A stretch of 32,000 nt of DNA from Gemmata obscuriglobus (GTDB lineage Bacteria > Planctomycetota > Planctomycetia > Gemmatales > Gemmataceae), in the NCBI RefSeq assembly GCF_008065095.1, contig NZ_CP042911.1, forward strand, positions 3,570,001-3,602,000, in the 5' to 3' direction. This document shows positions 7,967 to 16,446 of the stretch, in pieces. The notes below the pieces were generated by a model that did no database searches, was not told the DNA's origin, and saw nothing but the letters and a program-made list of their open reading frames with translations. Within the stretch, counting starts at the first letter, position 1. The number at the start of each line of letters is the position of its first letter. A program made the position numbers and the translations under genes.

Positions 7967-10900
7967 TCACCGGACGCCCGCGGCGCGAGCGGCGGCCGGG
8001 TCCACGCGCCGCAGCGCCCGCGCCAGAATCGGGGTCAGGTCGTCGTCCGCGTGCGCGGCCAGCGCGTCCGCCAGCACCTTCGACGCCGGACGCGCCGATG
8101 CGTCCAGTCGCCCTGCTACCGCGTACTCTGGCAACAGGTAGACCGAGTTCCGAACCGGATCAGGCGGCGCCGTCAGCGCGCCCACGAGCGCGGTCATCAC
8201 TTCGACGGCACGCGCCGGATCGGCGCGGAGCAGCAACTCCCCCACTTCCGCACGGCGCAAGTAGTTCGGATCGGCATAGTACTTCGCAAAGATGTCGGCC
8301 GCCGGCGCCAGCGCCGCGGAACTCAGCCCGCGCAGCGTGGTCAGCGGTTCGCGGTTGTTCGTCACCCCAACGACTATCGGCCGCGGATCACCTTGGAGCA
8401 CCTGTTCTTCCGGCGTGAGCGGCGCGAGCGCGTAGCGTGCCAGGGTCCGCACCGCGTCCGGCTGGCCCGACGGATCGATCGCCAGAAGCGCCTCCGCGGT
8501 GGCCCAACGGATCGCCGGGTACTTGTCGTTCAGTGCCTTCGTGAGTGCCGGAACCGCCGCCGCCGCCTTCGGCCCGATTTTCATCAGTGCCAGCGCCGCG
8601 CGCACCCGGATCTCCGGCGAGCGGTCGGGAGCGAGCCGCGCCGTCAGCGGGCCGACCGAGTCCGGCGCGGCCCGTACCACTGCGCGAACGATTGAGTGGG
8701 TTTCTATGCTGTGCCAGTCGCCCGCATCCTTGTCGCTGGCTTCGACCAGGAGCGCGGCGTGTGCCCGCAGCGCCCGCGGGTCCGTTTCCGAAACCGCGAA
8801 CGCCGTGTCTCCCAGGCGAAGAGCGGCCATCGGATCGCTCCACGCCCCGCGTTCAATTACCCGGGCCAGCCGGAGCGGCAGCAGGCGCCGGTTGGTCGCC
8901 CGGTGCCACGACTCGATGGCCTTCTGCTGCTCGGGCGTCGGGTGAACAAACGGACGCCCGAGCGCTACCGCTGCCGCCCGCGCCGATACCGGGTCGCTCT
9001 CGCCCGCGGCCCGGGCACGGAGGCGGGCTTCGTCCTTGCCCGCAACGCCGACGGTGGCGAGTACGCCCCACGCCGCTCGCCGAACGGAAGCAGTGCTGTG
9101 GGCCGTGCCGTCGGCCGCGAGCCGTCGCAGTGCGGGGTCGGCGTCGTTCCAAACCGAAGGGCCGAGGATGAAGTCGTCGGCCAACAGGTTGAGAATCTCG
9201 GCGGTTCTGTCCGGTGCGTGGTGAACGAGGAATAAAGCGAGCCCGTGGCACCGGCGGCCGTCCCGACGAGCGAATTCAATCAACTCGGGAACGGCAGTGC
9301 GGGCCGCCGGGCCGAGCGCGATCAGCGCTTCCGCCGCGTACAATCGGGCGTCCGTGTGATGCTTCCGGGGGGATTTCCGGCGCCCGGTGAGAACGTCCGT
9401 CAGCCACGGCACGACCGCCGGATCGGCCGGGTCGATCCGGCCGACTGCGCCGACCGACCGAACGATGGTGCCCACCGGGGATTGCTCGGTCAGTGGGGCG
9501 TCCAGGCACGTCCGCAAGAGGGGAAGGGCGGTGCGGGCGTGCGTACCGAGCGCGCTGAGGGCTTTGGCCGCGATTTCCCCGTGGTACGGGGCCGTGCCGT
9601 CTTTCGCCCTGAGCCAGTCTTCCATCTTGAGCCCGCTTTCGACCAGGGCCATCAACTTCGGAACGTGCGGCGTGGCCGCGGCCCCTTGCTTGCCGAGCAG
9701 CTCAACGGCCAGGTAGGCGTCTTCGGTCCGCTCCTCGACGACCGCCACAATGGCGTTGATCGCCTCGGGATCGCCCGGAACGACCTGCAGGATCGCGTCT
9801 GCGGTGCGGAGGATTTCTTCGCGACGCGTGCCCTTGAGGCCGCGGCGCATGAACGGCACGGCGGCCTTCGCCGCAGGTCCGAAGCGCCCGGCCAGTGCCA
9901 CCGCGGACTCGAACGCCGGCGGGCCGTCTTTGTCGGCCGGGGCCGCAAGGTAGCGCACCACGAGAGCGAGCGTCCCGTCCGCGCCCGGTCCGGTCGTCGG
10001 CAGCCGATCGAAGGCGTTCGAGAATCCGGGCTTGCCATTGGGTGGCAGCACCCGCGCCGCGACGAAGTCGAGGGCCGCCTGCGGAAGTTCATCAAAGAGG
10101 CGGAGCCACTCGTCGAACCACGTCTCGAGGATCGGGTCGGGCTCGCGGCGCAAGTACTCCGCGACTTGGGGAACAGCCGATGGCGGCCACTGCCACGAGA
10201 GCAGGTCTCGCGCGGTGGCCCGGCGCGCGCTCGGGTCCGGGTCGGCGAACGCCGGGGCTAGCGCGTCCGGGTCGGTCGCGCCTGCCGTCTGTAGCACCTG
10301 AAGCGCGGCACGTTTCGCGCGCAGCGTCTTGCCGTTACGGAGCTCGGGCGCGGCGACGGCGCGCACCTGCTCCTTTTCCGCCGCCGAGTTACGCGCTTTG
10401 GTCAGGCGCTCGCGCACGACGAGCGGCAGATAGTTCGGTTGGCGGCGCGCGCCGGGTTCGTCGAACTGCTGCTCCCACACGGCCCACACGGGCCACTCGT
10501 GGGCGAGTACGACCGGCAGACCTTTGGCGAATTCGCCGGACAGTACCAGGACCGCGCCCCCGATCCCGGCCAACTTCTGGTCCGGGTCGGCGAGCAGCGG
10601 CACCCATTCGGCCGCCTGTTCCGGGGTGAGGCGGGACCAGACGCGCACGTCCTCCTCGCTCGGCACCGGCGCAGTGCGACCGACCTCGGTAGGGCCCCGA
10701 ACGAACGCGGACCACAGGAGTTCGCGGGCGCGGGCGCGGCCGGGGTGTTTCGGGTCGCGGAGGATCTTGAGCAGCGCCGGGTACGAGGGGTCGTCGGGCC
10801 GGCAACCAATGGTCTCGATGAGTTTGAACGCCGCGTCGCGTCGCGCGGGAACTTCGGACACGAGTCTCGGAGCGGCGACGAGGGCGCCGATGCGTGCCGG

Positions 10901-11359
10901 GTCGCTCTTGGAGCCCGGAAGGCCGAGCGCGCGGGCGAGGTGCGCGTCGGAGCGCTCGGGTTCGATGGCGCACTCCGCGAGTGCGGCCCAGTACGCGACG
11001 CCGCGGTCGTTCTTGATCGACCGGAGGGCGGGGAGTGCCGCGCGGGCCGCCGGCCCGCGGCTGGCGATCTCCCGGAACGCACCGATCCAGGAGGAGTAAT
11101 CGGCGGAGTTGTCGAGTCGGTCGATCACCTCGTCGACCGTCAACTTCGACAGATCGGGCGGCGCCGGTGGTGCGGGCGGCGCGTCCAGCGGGTCTGGATC
11201 GGGTGCGTCGAACGGGTCGGCGGGTTCGGCTTGCGCCACGTCTTCAGGTAGAACCAGTGCGGGGCCAGGGGTGTGAGTGAACCGGATCAGGAGCGCGGCG
11301 ACCAAGACGGTCGCGAGGACCGCGATACCGGAAAGGAACAGGGCCGGCCGTCGCCGCAT
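7967..11359 (-). CDS. Membrane-anchored HEAT-repeat protein (about 1130 aa)
   Basis: The N-terminus MRRRPALFLSGIAVLATVLVAALLI is a TM anchor, followed by a Pro/Asp-rich linker. Many HEAT-like units follow (for example AVPALTKALNDKYPAIRWATAEALLAIDPSG and ALPALRSIKNDRGVAYWAALAE). Start set at ATG 11359, which has GAGGG 6 nt upstream. Alternatives are 11401 and the track start 11482. Confidence 0.75.
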   Translation of the reverse strand: MRRRPALFLSGIAVLATVLVAALLIRFTHTPGPALVLPEDVAQAEPADPFDAPDPDPLDAPPAPPAPPDLSKLTVDEVIDRLDNSADYSSWIGAFREIASRGPAARAALPALRSIKNDRGVAYWAALAECAIEPERSDAHLARALGLPGSKSDPARIGALVAAPRLVSEVPARRDAAFKLIETIGCRPDDPSYPALLKILRDPKHPGRARARELLWSAFVRGPTEVGRTAPVPSEEDVRVWSRLTPEQAAEWVPLLADPDQKLAGIGGAVLVLSGEFAKGLPVVLAHEWPVWAVWEQQFDEPGARRQPNYLPLVVRERLTKARNSAAEKEQVRAVAAPELRNGKTLRAKRAALQVLQTAGATDPDALAPAFADPDPSARRATARDLLSWQWPPSAVPQVAEYLRREPDPILETWFDEWLRLFDELPQAALDFVAARVLPPNGKPGFSNAFDRLPTTGPGADGTLALVVRYLAAPADKDGPPAFESAVALAGRFGPAAKAAVPFMRRGLKGTRREEILRTADAILQVVPGDPEAINAIVAVVEERTEDAYLAVELLGKQGAAATPHVPKLMALVESGLKMEDWLRAKDGTAPYHGEIAAKALSALGTHARTALPLLRTCLDAPLTEQSPVGTIVRSVGAVGRIDPADPAVVPWLTDVLTGRRKSPRKHHTDARLYAAEALIALGPAARTAVPELIEFARRDGRRCHGLALFLVHHAPDRTAEILNLLADDFILGPSVWNDADPALRRLAADGTAHSTASVRRAAWGVLATVGVAGKDEARLRARAAGESDPVSARAAAVALGRPFVHPTPEQQKAIESWHRATNRRLLPLRLARVIERGAWSDPMAALRLGDTAFAVSETDPRALRAHAALLVEASDKDAGDWHSIETHSIVRAVVRAAPDSVGPLTARLAPDRSPEIRVRAALALMKIGPKAAAAVPALTKALNDKYPAIRWATAEALLAIDPSGQPDAVRTLARYALAPLTPEEQVLQGDPRPIVVGVTNNREPLTTLRGLSSAALAPAADIFAKYYADPNYLRRAEVGELLLRADPARAVEVMTALVGALTAPPDPVRNSVYLLPEYAVAGRLDASARPASKVLADALAAHADDDLTPILARALRRVDPAAARAAGVR

Positions 11360-11763
11360 AGTGTACCCTCGTGTCGGGTTCGGAAGTGCGCTTCTTCTCA
11401 TGGTAGCGAACGGAAATTGGTCCGCGGTGTTCGCGTCGGCTACTCGGGGCGGTGCGTACCGGAACCCGGCGGGGCTGGCCAACGAGCACTGGTTCGCTGT
11501 GAACAGACATGCGCGGACGGAAGGGCACTTGCTCTTCCGCCCGCCTGGAGGCGTGAACGGTTGCGGCGAGCCCGGGCGGCGTTTCGAGCCAGAACGCCGC
11601 CACGGCCCAGGCGCTTACGTCATCGGGTTCGGTCACAAGTCTTAACGCCGCATCACCTGTTGCGATGACACTTCGTTGAGGTCTTCCGTCAGTTCGTGCG
11701 GTTCGCGGGCTCTCGTCCCAGGTGCGGCAAACCGCCGGAGCCGCAAGGGCTGGCTCGTCAGAC

Positions 11764-14154
11764 CTACCCCAGCTCCACCACGGCCATCGTGTGGATTTCG
11801 AGCTTCGGGACCGCGAACGTCGTCTCCTCGCCGCGCTGCTTGAACGGCAGTACGCGCGCGCCGGGTTCCTGGCGCACCTGCTTCACGCGGTACCCCCGCA
11901 ACGTGACCTCAATGTCGTGAATCGGGATCGTCTCCTCGCGGAGCGGCACTTCCTCGGCCGGGTGCCCGTGCCCCGCGGTCGTGCTCACGTCGTTGAACAG
12001 GTGAACCACGAGCCGCTCGCCGTCCCGGCTCTGTCGCACCGTGGTCGCGTGCACGCACATCGGCGCCGTCACCTCGACCGGCGGTGCCGCCGCCGCCGCC
12101 CAGCGCAGCGCCCGGGCGAGTGTGGCGCGGTAGTACGGATACGACGACAGGTAATGGGCCGCGTCGATCCCGGCCGCGAAGTAGACCGCCTTCCCGGTCG
12201 CGGCTGTGCGAGACACGATCGCCGGCAACGGTTCGCCTTTCGAACTGTCCTTCGGGCGCACGGTCGCATGGACGGTGCTCCCGGGGAGCGGCTCGGTGCG
12301 GACGACCGGGCCTTTGAACGTGACGAACTCGGCCCCGATCAGCGCGTCCAGTCGTTCGGTCGCCAGCAGCGGCGAGTCGGCGCCGCGCTTGAAGTCCCAA
12401 ACGCCTTTGCGCTTCGCCCAGTACTCGGGAGGGAGCGTTCGCGCGAAGTTCTCGTCGAGCCTGTCGTCCCCCTTTCCGGCCACCGCGATTCCTTGGTGGG
12501 TGACGCCCAGGACGTTTGCGAGCGCGGGCGTTTTACGCGGGGTGCCGAACTCGTCGCACAGCCCGGTGTCCAGGCTCGCCACGACCCCGCCGCCGCGCTC
12601 GACGAACTGCGCGACCGCCGCGCACTGCGCGTCGCTCAGGCAGGCCGCGTTGGGCAGCACCAGCACCTTGTACGGTGCCAGATCCCCGGGCGTCAGGTTC
12701 CAGTCGTTGATGAGGGTGACCGGCAGGTGCTCTTCCAACGCCGCCCGGAAGAACCCGAACACGTTCGCGAGGTACCGCTCCTCCACCTGGCCGCTGCTGC
12801 GGCCGTAAAACACGCGGGTGTTGTCGCTCACCAGGAGCGCGGCCCACGGCTCGGGGCGATTGTGGGTGAGCCACGGCTTCCGCTCCGTCAACGCGGCCAG
12901 GCTGTTCTTCACGGCGGGTTTGAGGCGCTCGGGTTGGAGCACCGCGAGACTCGGGCCGGCCCCGTGGGTGAGCGCGAGCAGCACCCGCCGCTCGACCTCG
13001 TGGGCCGGGAAGCTGTCCTTACCGTAAGGGTTCCCGCGGCTCATCAGGTACGGCTCGGCGAAGGCCGTCCGGTGGTTCGTTACCGCCCACACGTAGGCCG
13101 CGCCGAACGCGGGCACCACGCTCGACCCGCGGTTCGTCTCGTCCATCCAGAACTCCTGGTCCGGGGCGTCGAACAGGAGGTTCAGCCGGGCCGGCATGTT
13201 GCGCGGGATGTCGAGCAGGTGCCCGAACCGCCCGGCGTTGGTGGTCCAGGTGACGAGTGCGATGTCGGGGTTGAGCGCTTTGAGCCGCTCTTGCATCCGC
13301 TGGACGAGGGCTTCGAGCCGCCGGTCCGCCCAGTGCAGGTACTTGCGGAACGCCTCGCTCTGCATGTCGCGCTTCGGGATCGGCCCGCCGGTGTCGGACG
13401 TGTAGTTCGCGCGGCAGTGCTTGCAGTAGCACCCGCCGGCGTGGTGCAGCCCGTCGAAACTGAACGCGCTCACCGCCGGGAACTGCGTGGCGATCTCGCA
13501 CAGCACATCAATGAAGAAGTCGCCGTATGGCCCGAGCGGGCAGAGCATCCCGCCGTGCGCGAACTTCTTCAGATCGACTTCGGGCACCTGGTCCGTGTCG
13601 GTGGCGACGCGGCGCCAGTCCGGGTGCAGTTCCCACACCTCACCCTGAAGCGTGGGCGGGTACACGCCGAGGATGCGCACGCCGAGCTTCTGGTACTCCT
13701 CAATGTCCTTTTTCACTCGATCGAGCGGAACGTGCGGGCTGCGCCGCTTCAACAGCTTGCTGTCGTAGTAGGCGTACAGTGGGTCCACGAAGCCCACTTC
13801 GCTGAGCGTCACGCCCCACCCGGCGGCTTCCTTTCGCTGGGCGGGGCTCATGACCGACAGCGTGTACCCGACGCCGACGGTGTCCCGCACCCACGCGGGC
13901 GGTTCGACCGCGCGGAACGCGCCCTTCTCGAACGGCTGCGGCATGACGGCCGCTCCCCAACCGGACACCGGCTTACGGTCCGCTGGAGCGGCCGATGACA
14001 CAAGGGCGCCGGTTGCGGCAGCGGCAATGAACTCGCGGCGATCAGGAAGGGGTTCGGGCACGGTGGGGCTCCGAGAGGTCAATGGACCCGAGTGTACCGC
14101 TTTGGTGAACCCAATGCTCGCACGAATTGCTCGCCGAATCGGTTGAGGTGTCAC
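11764..14154 (-). CDS. Tat-signal glycoside-hydrolase-like protein (GHL6-type TIM barrel plus beta-galactosidase-trimerisation/GATase1-like domain)
   Basis: DRREFIAAAATGALVSS is a twin-arginine motif. MLCPLGPYGDFFIDVLCEIATQFPAVSAFSFDGLHHAGGCYCKHCRANYTSDTGGPIP resembles the GHL6 family core. PWAALLVSDNTRVFYG...YKVLVLPNAACLSDAQCAAVAQFVERGGGVVAS resembles the Glyco_hydro_42M-type domain. Family call is from memory. Confidence 0.6.
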   Translation of the reverse strand: MTPQPIRRAIRASIGFTKAVHSGPLTSRSPTVPEPLPDRREFIAAAATGALVSSAAPADRKPVSGWGAAVMPQPFEKGAFRAVEPPAWVRDTVGVGYTLSVMSPAQRKEAAGWGVTLSEVGFVDPLYAYYDSKLLKRRSPHVPLDRVKKDIEEYQKLGVRILGVYPPTLQGEVWELHPDWRRVATDTDQVPEVDLKKFAHGGMLCPLGPYGDFFIDVLCEIATQFPAVSAFSFDGLHHAGGCYCKHCRANYTSDTGGPIPKRDMQSEAFRKYLHWADRRLEALVQRMQERLKALNPDIALVTWTTNAGRFGHLLDIPRNMPARLNLLFDAPDQEFWMDETNRGSSVVPAFGAAYVWAVTNHRTAFAEPYLMSRGNPYGKDSFPAHEVERRVLLALTHGAGPSLAVLQPERLKPAVKNSLAALTERKPWLTHNRPEPWAALLVSDNTRVFYGRSSGQVEERYLANVFGFFRAALEEHLPVTLINDWNLTPGDLAPYKVLVLPNAACLSDAQCAAVAQFVERGGGVVASLDTGLCDEFGTPRKTPALANVLGVTHQGIAVAGKGDDRLDENFARTLPPEYWAKRKGVWDFKRGADSPLLATERLDALIGAEFVTFKGPVVRTEPLPGSTVHATVRPKDSSKGEPLPAIVSRTAATGKAVYFAAGIDAAHYLSSYPYYRATLARALRWAAAAAPPVEVTAPMCVHATTVRQSRDGERLVVHLFNDVSTTAGHGHPAEEVPLREETIPIHDIEVTLRGYRVKQVRQEPGARVLPFKQRGEETTFAVPKLEIHTMAVVELG

Positions 14155-14287
14155 TCAACACGGACGATGCAACCGGGAGGGGTATTTGATCGATGTTTTG
14201 TCGGCGCAGTCGTTTTGATCTGGCGACGGCCGTGACGAGATCGATCGCCGGATCGGGGCATTCCCAGGTTACACCCGCCTGTGTCAG

Positions 14288-14321
14288 CAGGCGGTTCGAC
14301 CGTGACTTGTCGAACCGCCTG
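14288..14321 (-). terminator. 13-bp perfect GC-rich hairpin (8-nt loop) downstream of the 14407..14904 gene; possible terminator or regulatory stem
   Basis: caggcggttcgac cgtgactt gtcgaaccgcctg. It is flanked by the direct repeat gtcagcaggcgg (14283 and 14323). It lies 85 nt after the stop at 14407 and 134 nt upstream of the start at 14154. There is no U-tract, so it is not a canonical intrinsic terminator. Confidence 0.3.
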
Positions 14322-14406
14322 CGTCAGCAGGCGGGTGGCGCACAACCAACGAACTGGAAACTACCGGGTTCAGTCGCGCACCGGTTGTGCCGCAGCAGGG
14401 TGGAGT

Positions 14407-14904
14407 TCACTTGCCGGGCGTTTCTTGTGCGTTGTACTCGTCGGGCAGGTCGGCTCGGCACCCGACGCATTCGAACACGCCGTGTTTGACCAAGTTGAGC
14501 CAGCCGCACGCCACGCAGCGCCGGAACTCGCACCGCGGGTCGAATCCGGCTGTCGGTTCGAGACCGACCGCGCGCAGAGCGTCGGCCACCGCGTCCCACG
14601 AATCAGGTTCGGGGCAGTAACCCGTTGACTGGTTGCTGACCCGTGTGACGACCACACGCCCGCGCTCGATCGCGAAGCACATTTCGCCCGCCGCGCGCAC
14701 CGGGCGGTTGCCCGCACAGGCGACGTGTTCCGAGTGCCGGTCGGCAACGAGTAGCGTGCCTTCGGCGCTGACGACGAACGTGACGGTAACGTTACCCGAA
14801 CTGAGCCGCGGTAGCAGGTCGGTAGGAGTGCTGACGGGCACACCGCACACGGCGGCCCCACTTCGCGCGGCGATCGACCGCGGCCCGACGTAGTGGTAGA
14901 GCAT
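14407..14904 (-). CDS. Hypothetical protein with C-terminal CxxC...CxxC zinc-ribbon
   Basis: 165-aa ORF flanked by non-coding gaps of 252 bp (14155-14406) and 371 bp (14905-15275). It contains LLVADRHSEHVACAGNRPV, VSNQSTGYCPEPDSW and a terminal CVACGWLNLVKHGVFECVGC. No named family recognised. Confidence 0.55.
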   Translation of the reverse strand: MLYHYVGPRSIAARSGAAVCGVPVSTPTDLLPRLSSGNVTVTFVVSAEGTLLVADRHSEHVACAGNRPVRAAGEMCFAIERGRVVVTRVSNQSTGYCPEPDSWDAVADALRAVGLEPTAGFDPRCEFRRCVACGWLNLVKHGVFECVGCRADLPDEYNAQETPGK

Positions 14905-15004
14905 CGAATCGGCTCGGCGAGCTGATACAAGAGCCCGTCGTGAGTGTCGCGTTCCTGACGAGCCGGGGGCGTCCGGGAGGGTAGCGCGTATACCGCTCCC
15001 GGCC

Positions 15005-15271
15005 CGTCAAGGACAGCGACACGACCACCGGGCACGAGGACGAGAACGGGCGGCTTTTTGCGGCCCGTGCGGGGCGCACGCTTCTAAAGGCCGTTTTTGA
15101 CAGGATCGACGGGATGAACAGGATAAAGACCGATCGATTTTAAATCCTGTTCATCCCGTCGATCCTGTCAAAACGGTCTTCGCGTCCCCATCGCGCGTTC
15201 GTGCCCCGCTTTCTGACGATCCTGTCTCGTCAAGAACAGCGACACGACCACCGCACACGAGGACGCGAACG
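15005..15271. repeat. Pair of 44-bp imperfect direct repeats (15005-15048, 15228-15271; 40/44 identical) bracketing the 15095-15173 inverted repeat
   Basis: cgtcaagGacagcgacacgaccaccgGGcacgaggacgAgaacg versus cgtcaagAacagcgacacgaccaccgCAcacgaggacgCgaacg. The second copy ends 4 nt before the stop codon (15276) of the prenyltransferase-like gene. Confidence 0.7.
15095..15173. repeat. 30-bp perfect inverted repeat (19-nt loop); each arm consists of three tandem 9-bp units ATCCYGTNN
   Basis: Left arm ttttgacaggatcgacgggatgaacaggat (15095-15124). Right arm atcctgttc|atcccgtcg|atcctgtca|aaa (15144-15173). The stem extends by 3 bp if a 1-nt bulge is allowed. The loop contains the cgatcg palindrome. 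Confidence 0.75.
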
Positions 15272-15275
15272 CCGG

Positions 15276-16316
15276 TCACTTCTGGTAGATCGGCAGGTAG
15301 TGCGTCGGGACGCTGAGGATCAGCACCGCAATAGCGGTCTGGTAGGTCGGACCGTAGGCCGCCTCGCGGTAGATGTCGTGCCACTCGCCGGTGCCCTTCT
15401 GAAAGCCCGGGGCGAGCAACTGGTCCCGCATCCGCTTGTAGTACTTCTCCCACAGCTCCCCGCCGACCTGGTTCATCGCGTGGCACGCGTAGTAGTGCCC
15501 GTACCAGAAGTGCCCCTGGTCGTCGCCCGTCTTGGTCAGGAATTCGACCGCCTTCTTGATCTCGTCCGCGTCGTACTCGCCGCAGAGCTGGAGCACGCAC
15601 ACCCCGGCCGCGGTTCGCGCGTACCCGGCGCCCGCGGAGAACGGCTGGTACTTGTACCCGCCGGTTTTTTTGTCGTAGCACCGGTTCACGTACTTCAGGG
15701 CGTCTCGCATCACCTTGTCCGGCACGTGGATGCCGGCGTCCTTCGCGCCGCGCAGCGCCATGACCTGCATGATGGTGACCGAGATGTCCGCACCGGTCGG
15801 GGACGGGTCGTACCGCCAGCCGCCCTCGTTGTTCTGCGTCCTGACGATCAGGTCGATGGCCCGCTTGGTGACCTTCTTCACGTTCTCGTCGCCGGTCATT
15901 CCGTAGGCCTGCGTGAGGGCCAGGGTCGCCATCCCGTGGCAGTACATGTTGCCGCCGCGGGCGCCGACGAGGTAGCCGTCGGCGCGGGCGGCGGAGCACA
16001 GGTGGCCGACGCCCTTCGCGACGTGCCGGCCGTAATCGCCCTGGTCCGGCATGTGGCCGTTCGCCATGAACGCCAGCAGCACGAACCCGGTGATGGCGGT
16101 GTTGCCGCTGGCCCAGGCGCCGTCGGCCTCCTGCCGGCCGGCGAGGTACTTGAGTGCCTTATCGACGGCCTTCTTGGTCGCGTCGTCCATCTTCACGTTG
16201 TCCTTCGGGGCAACGCCGGGCGCGCTGTCGGCCTGCGGCGGTTGCGTGCCCGCGGGGGCGGCGAACGCGCCCGCGAGCGAGCCCGTCAGGACGAACGAGA
16301 AGAAGAAGCGGCGCAT
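15276..16316 (-). CDS. Secreted prenyltransferase/squalene-cyclase-like (alpha/alpha toroid repeat) protein
   Basis: Signal peptide MRRFFFSFVLTGSLAGAFAAPA. Repeated QxxDGGW-type units are present: GRQEADGAWAS, TQNNEGGWRYD and KKTGGYKYQP. Aromatic/Gly-rich helices (GFVLLAFMANG, MYCHGMATLALTQAY) are typical of the terpenoid cyclase/prenyltransferase repeat fold. Confidence 0.7.
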   Translation of the reverse strand: MRRFFFSFVLTGSLAGAFAAPAGTQPPQADSAPGVAPKDNVKMDDATKKAVDKALKYLAGRQEADGAWASGNTAITGFVLLAFMANGHMPDQGDYGRHVAKGVGHLCSAARADGYLVGARGGNMYCHGMATLALTQAYGMTGDENVKKVTKRAIDLIVRTQNNEGGWRYDPSPTGADISVTIMQVMALRGAKDAGIHVPDKVMRDALKYVNRCYDKKTGGYKYQPFSAGAGYARTAAGVCVLQLCGEYDADEIKKAVEFLTKTGDDQGHFWYGHYYACHAMNQVGGELWEKYYKRMRDQLLAPGFQKGTGEWHDIYREAAYGPTYQTAIAVLILSVPTHYLPIYQK

Positions 16317-16446
16317 GTGGGGCTCCGGCGGGCGCCTCGGGAACGTGCGGGCGGGGCGAGAATAACCAAGCCGGTGAGCCGTGTTGCGCTCGCCAGCGCG
16401 TGCGGTTCACCGGCCCGGCGGAACGACGAGCGGGGCGGCCTCCGGG

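Noticed and set aside
11360-11482. Longer N-terminus for the HEAT-repeat protein (track start 11482, or ATG 11401)
   Set aside because: ATG 11359 is directly followed by a basic-hydrophobic TM anchor and preceded by GAGGG. The upstream extension lacks an RBS and adds non-hydrophobic residues. Residual uncertainty is noted in the feature.
11575-11601. 9-bp hairpin ggcggcgtt...aacgccgcc downstream of the glycosidase-like gene; also a ~5-bp hairpin (aggcg...cgcct) near 7860 in the DUF2721/HEAT convergent gap
   Set aside because: The stems are short, there is no U-tract, and structures of this strength are expected by chance in ~68% GC DNA. They are not reported as terminators.
11722-13998. Plus-strand ORF of 758 aa
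   Set aside because: It is antisense to the Tat-signal glycosidase-like gene, which has coherent domain motifs. The product is R/G/V/P-rich with no recognisable features.
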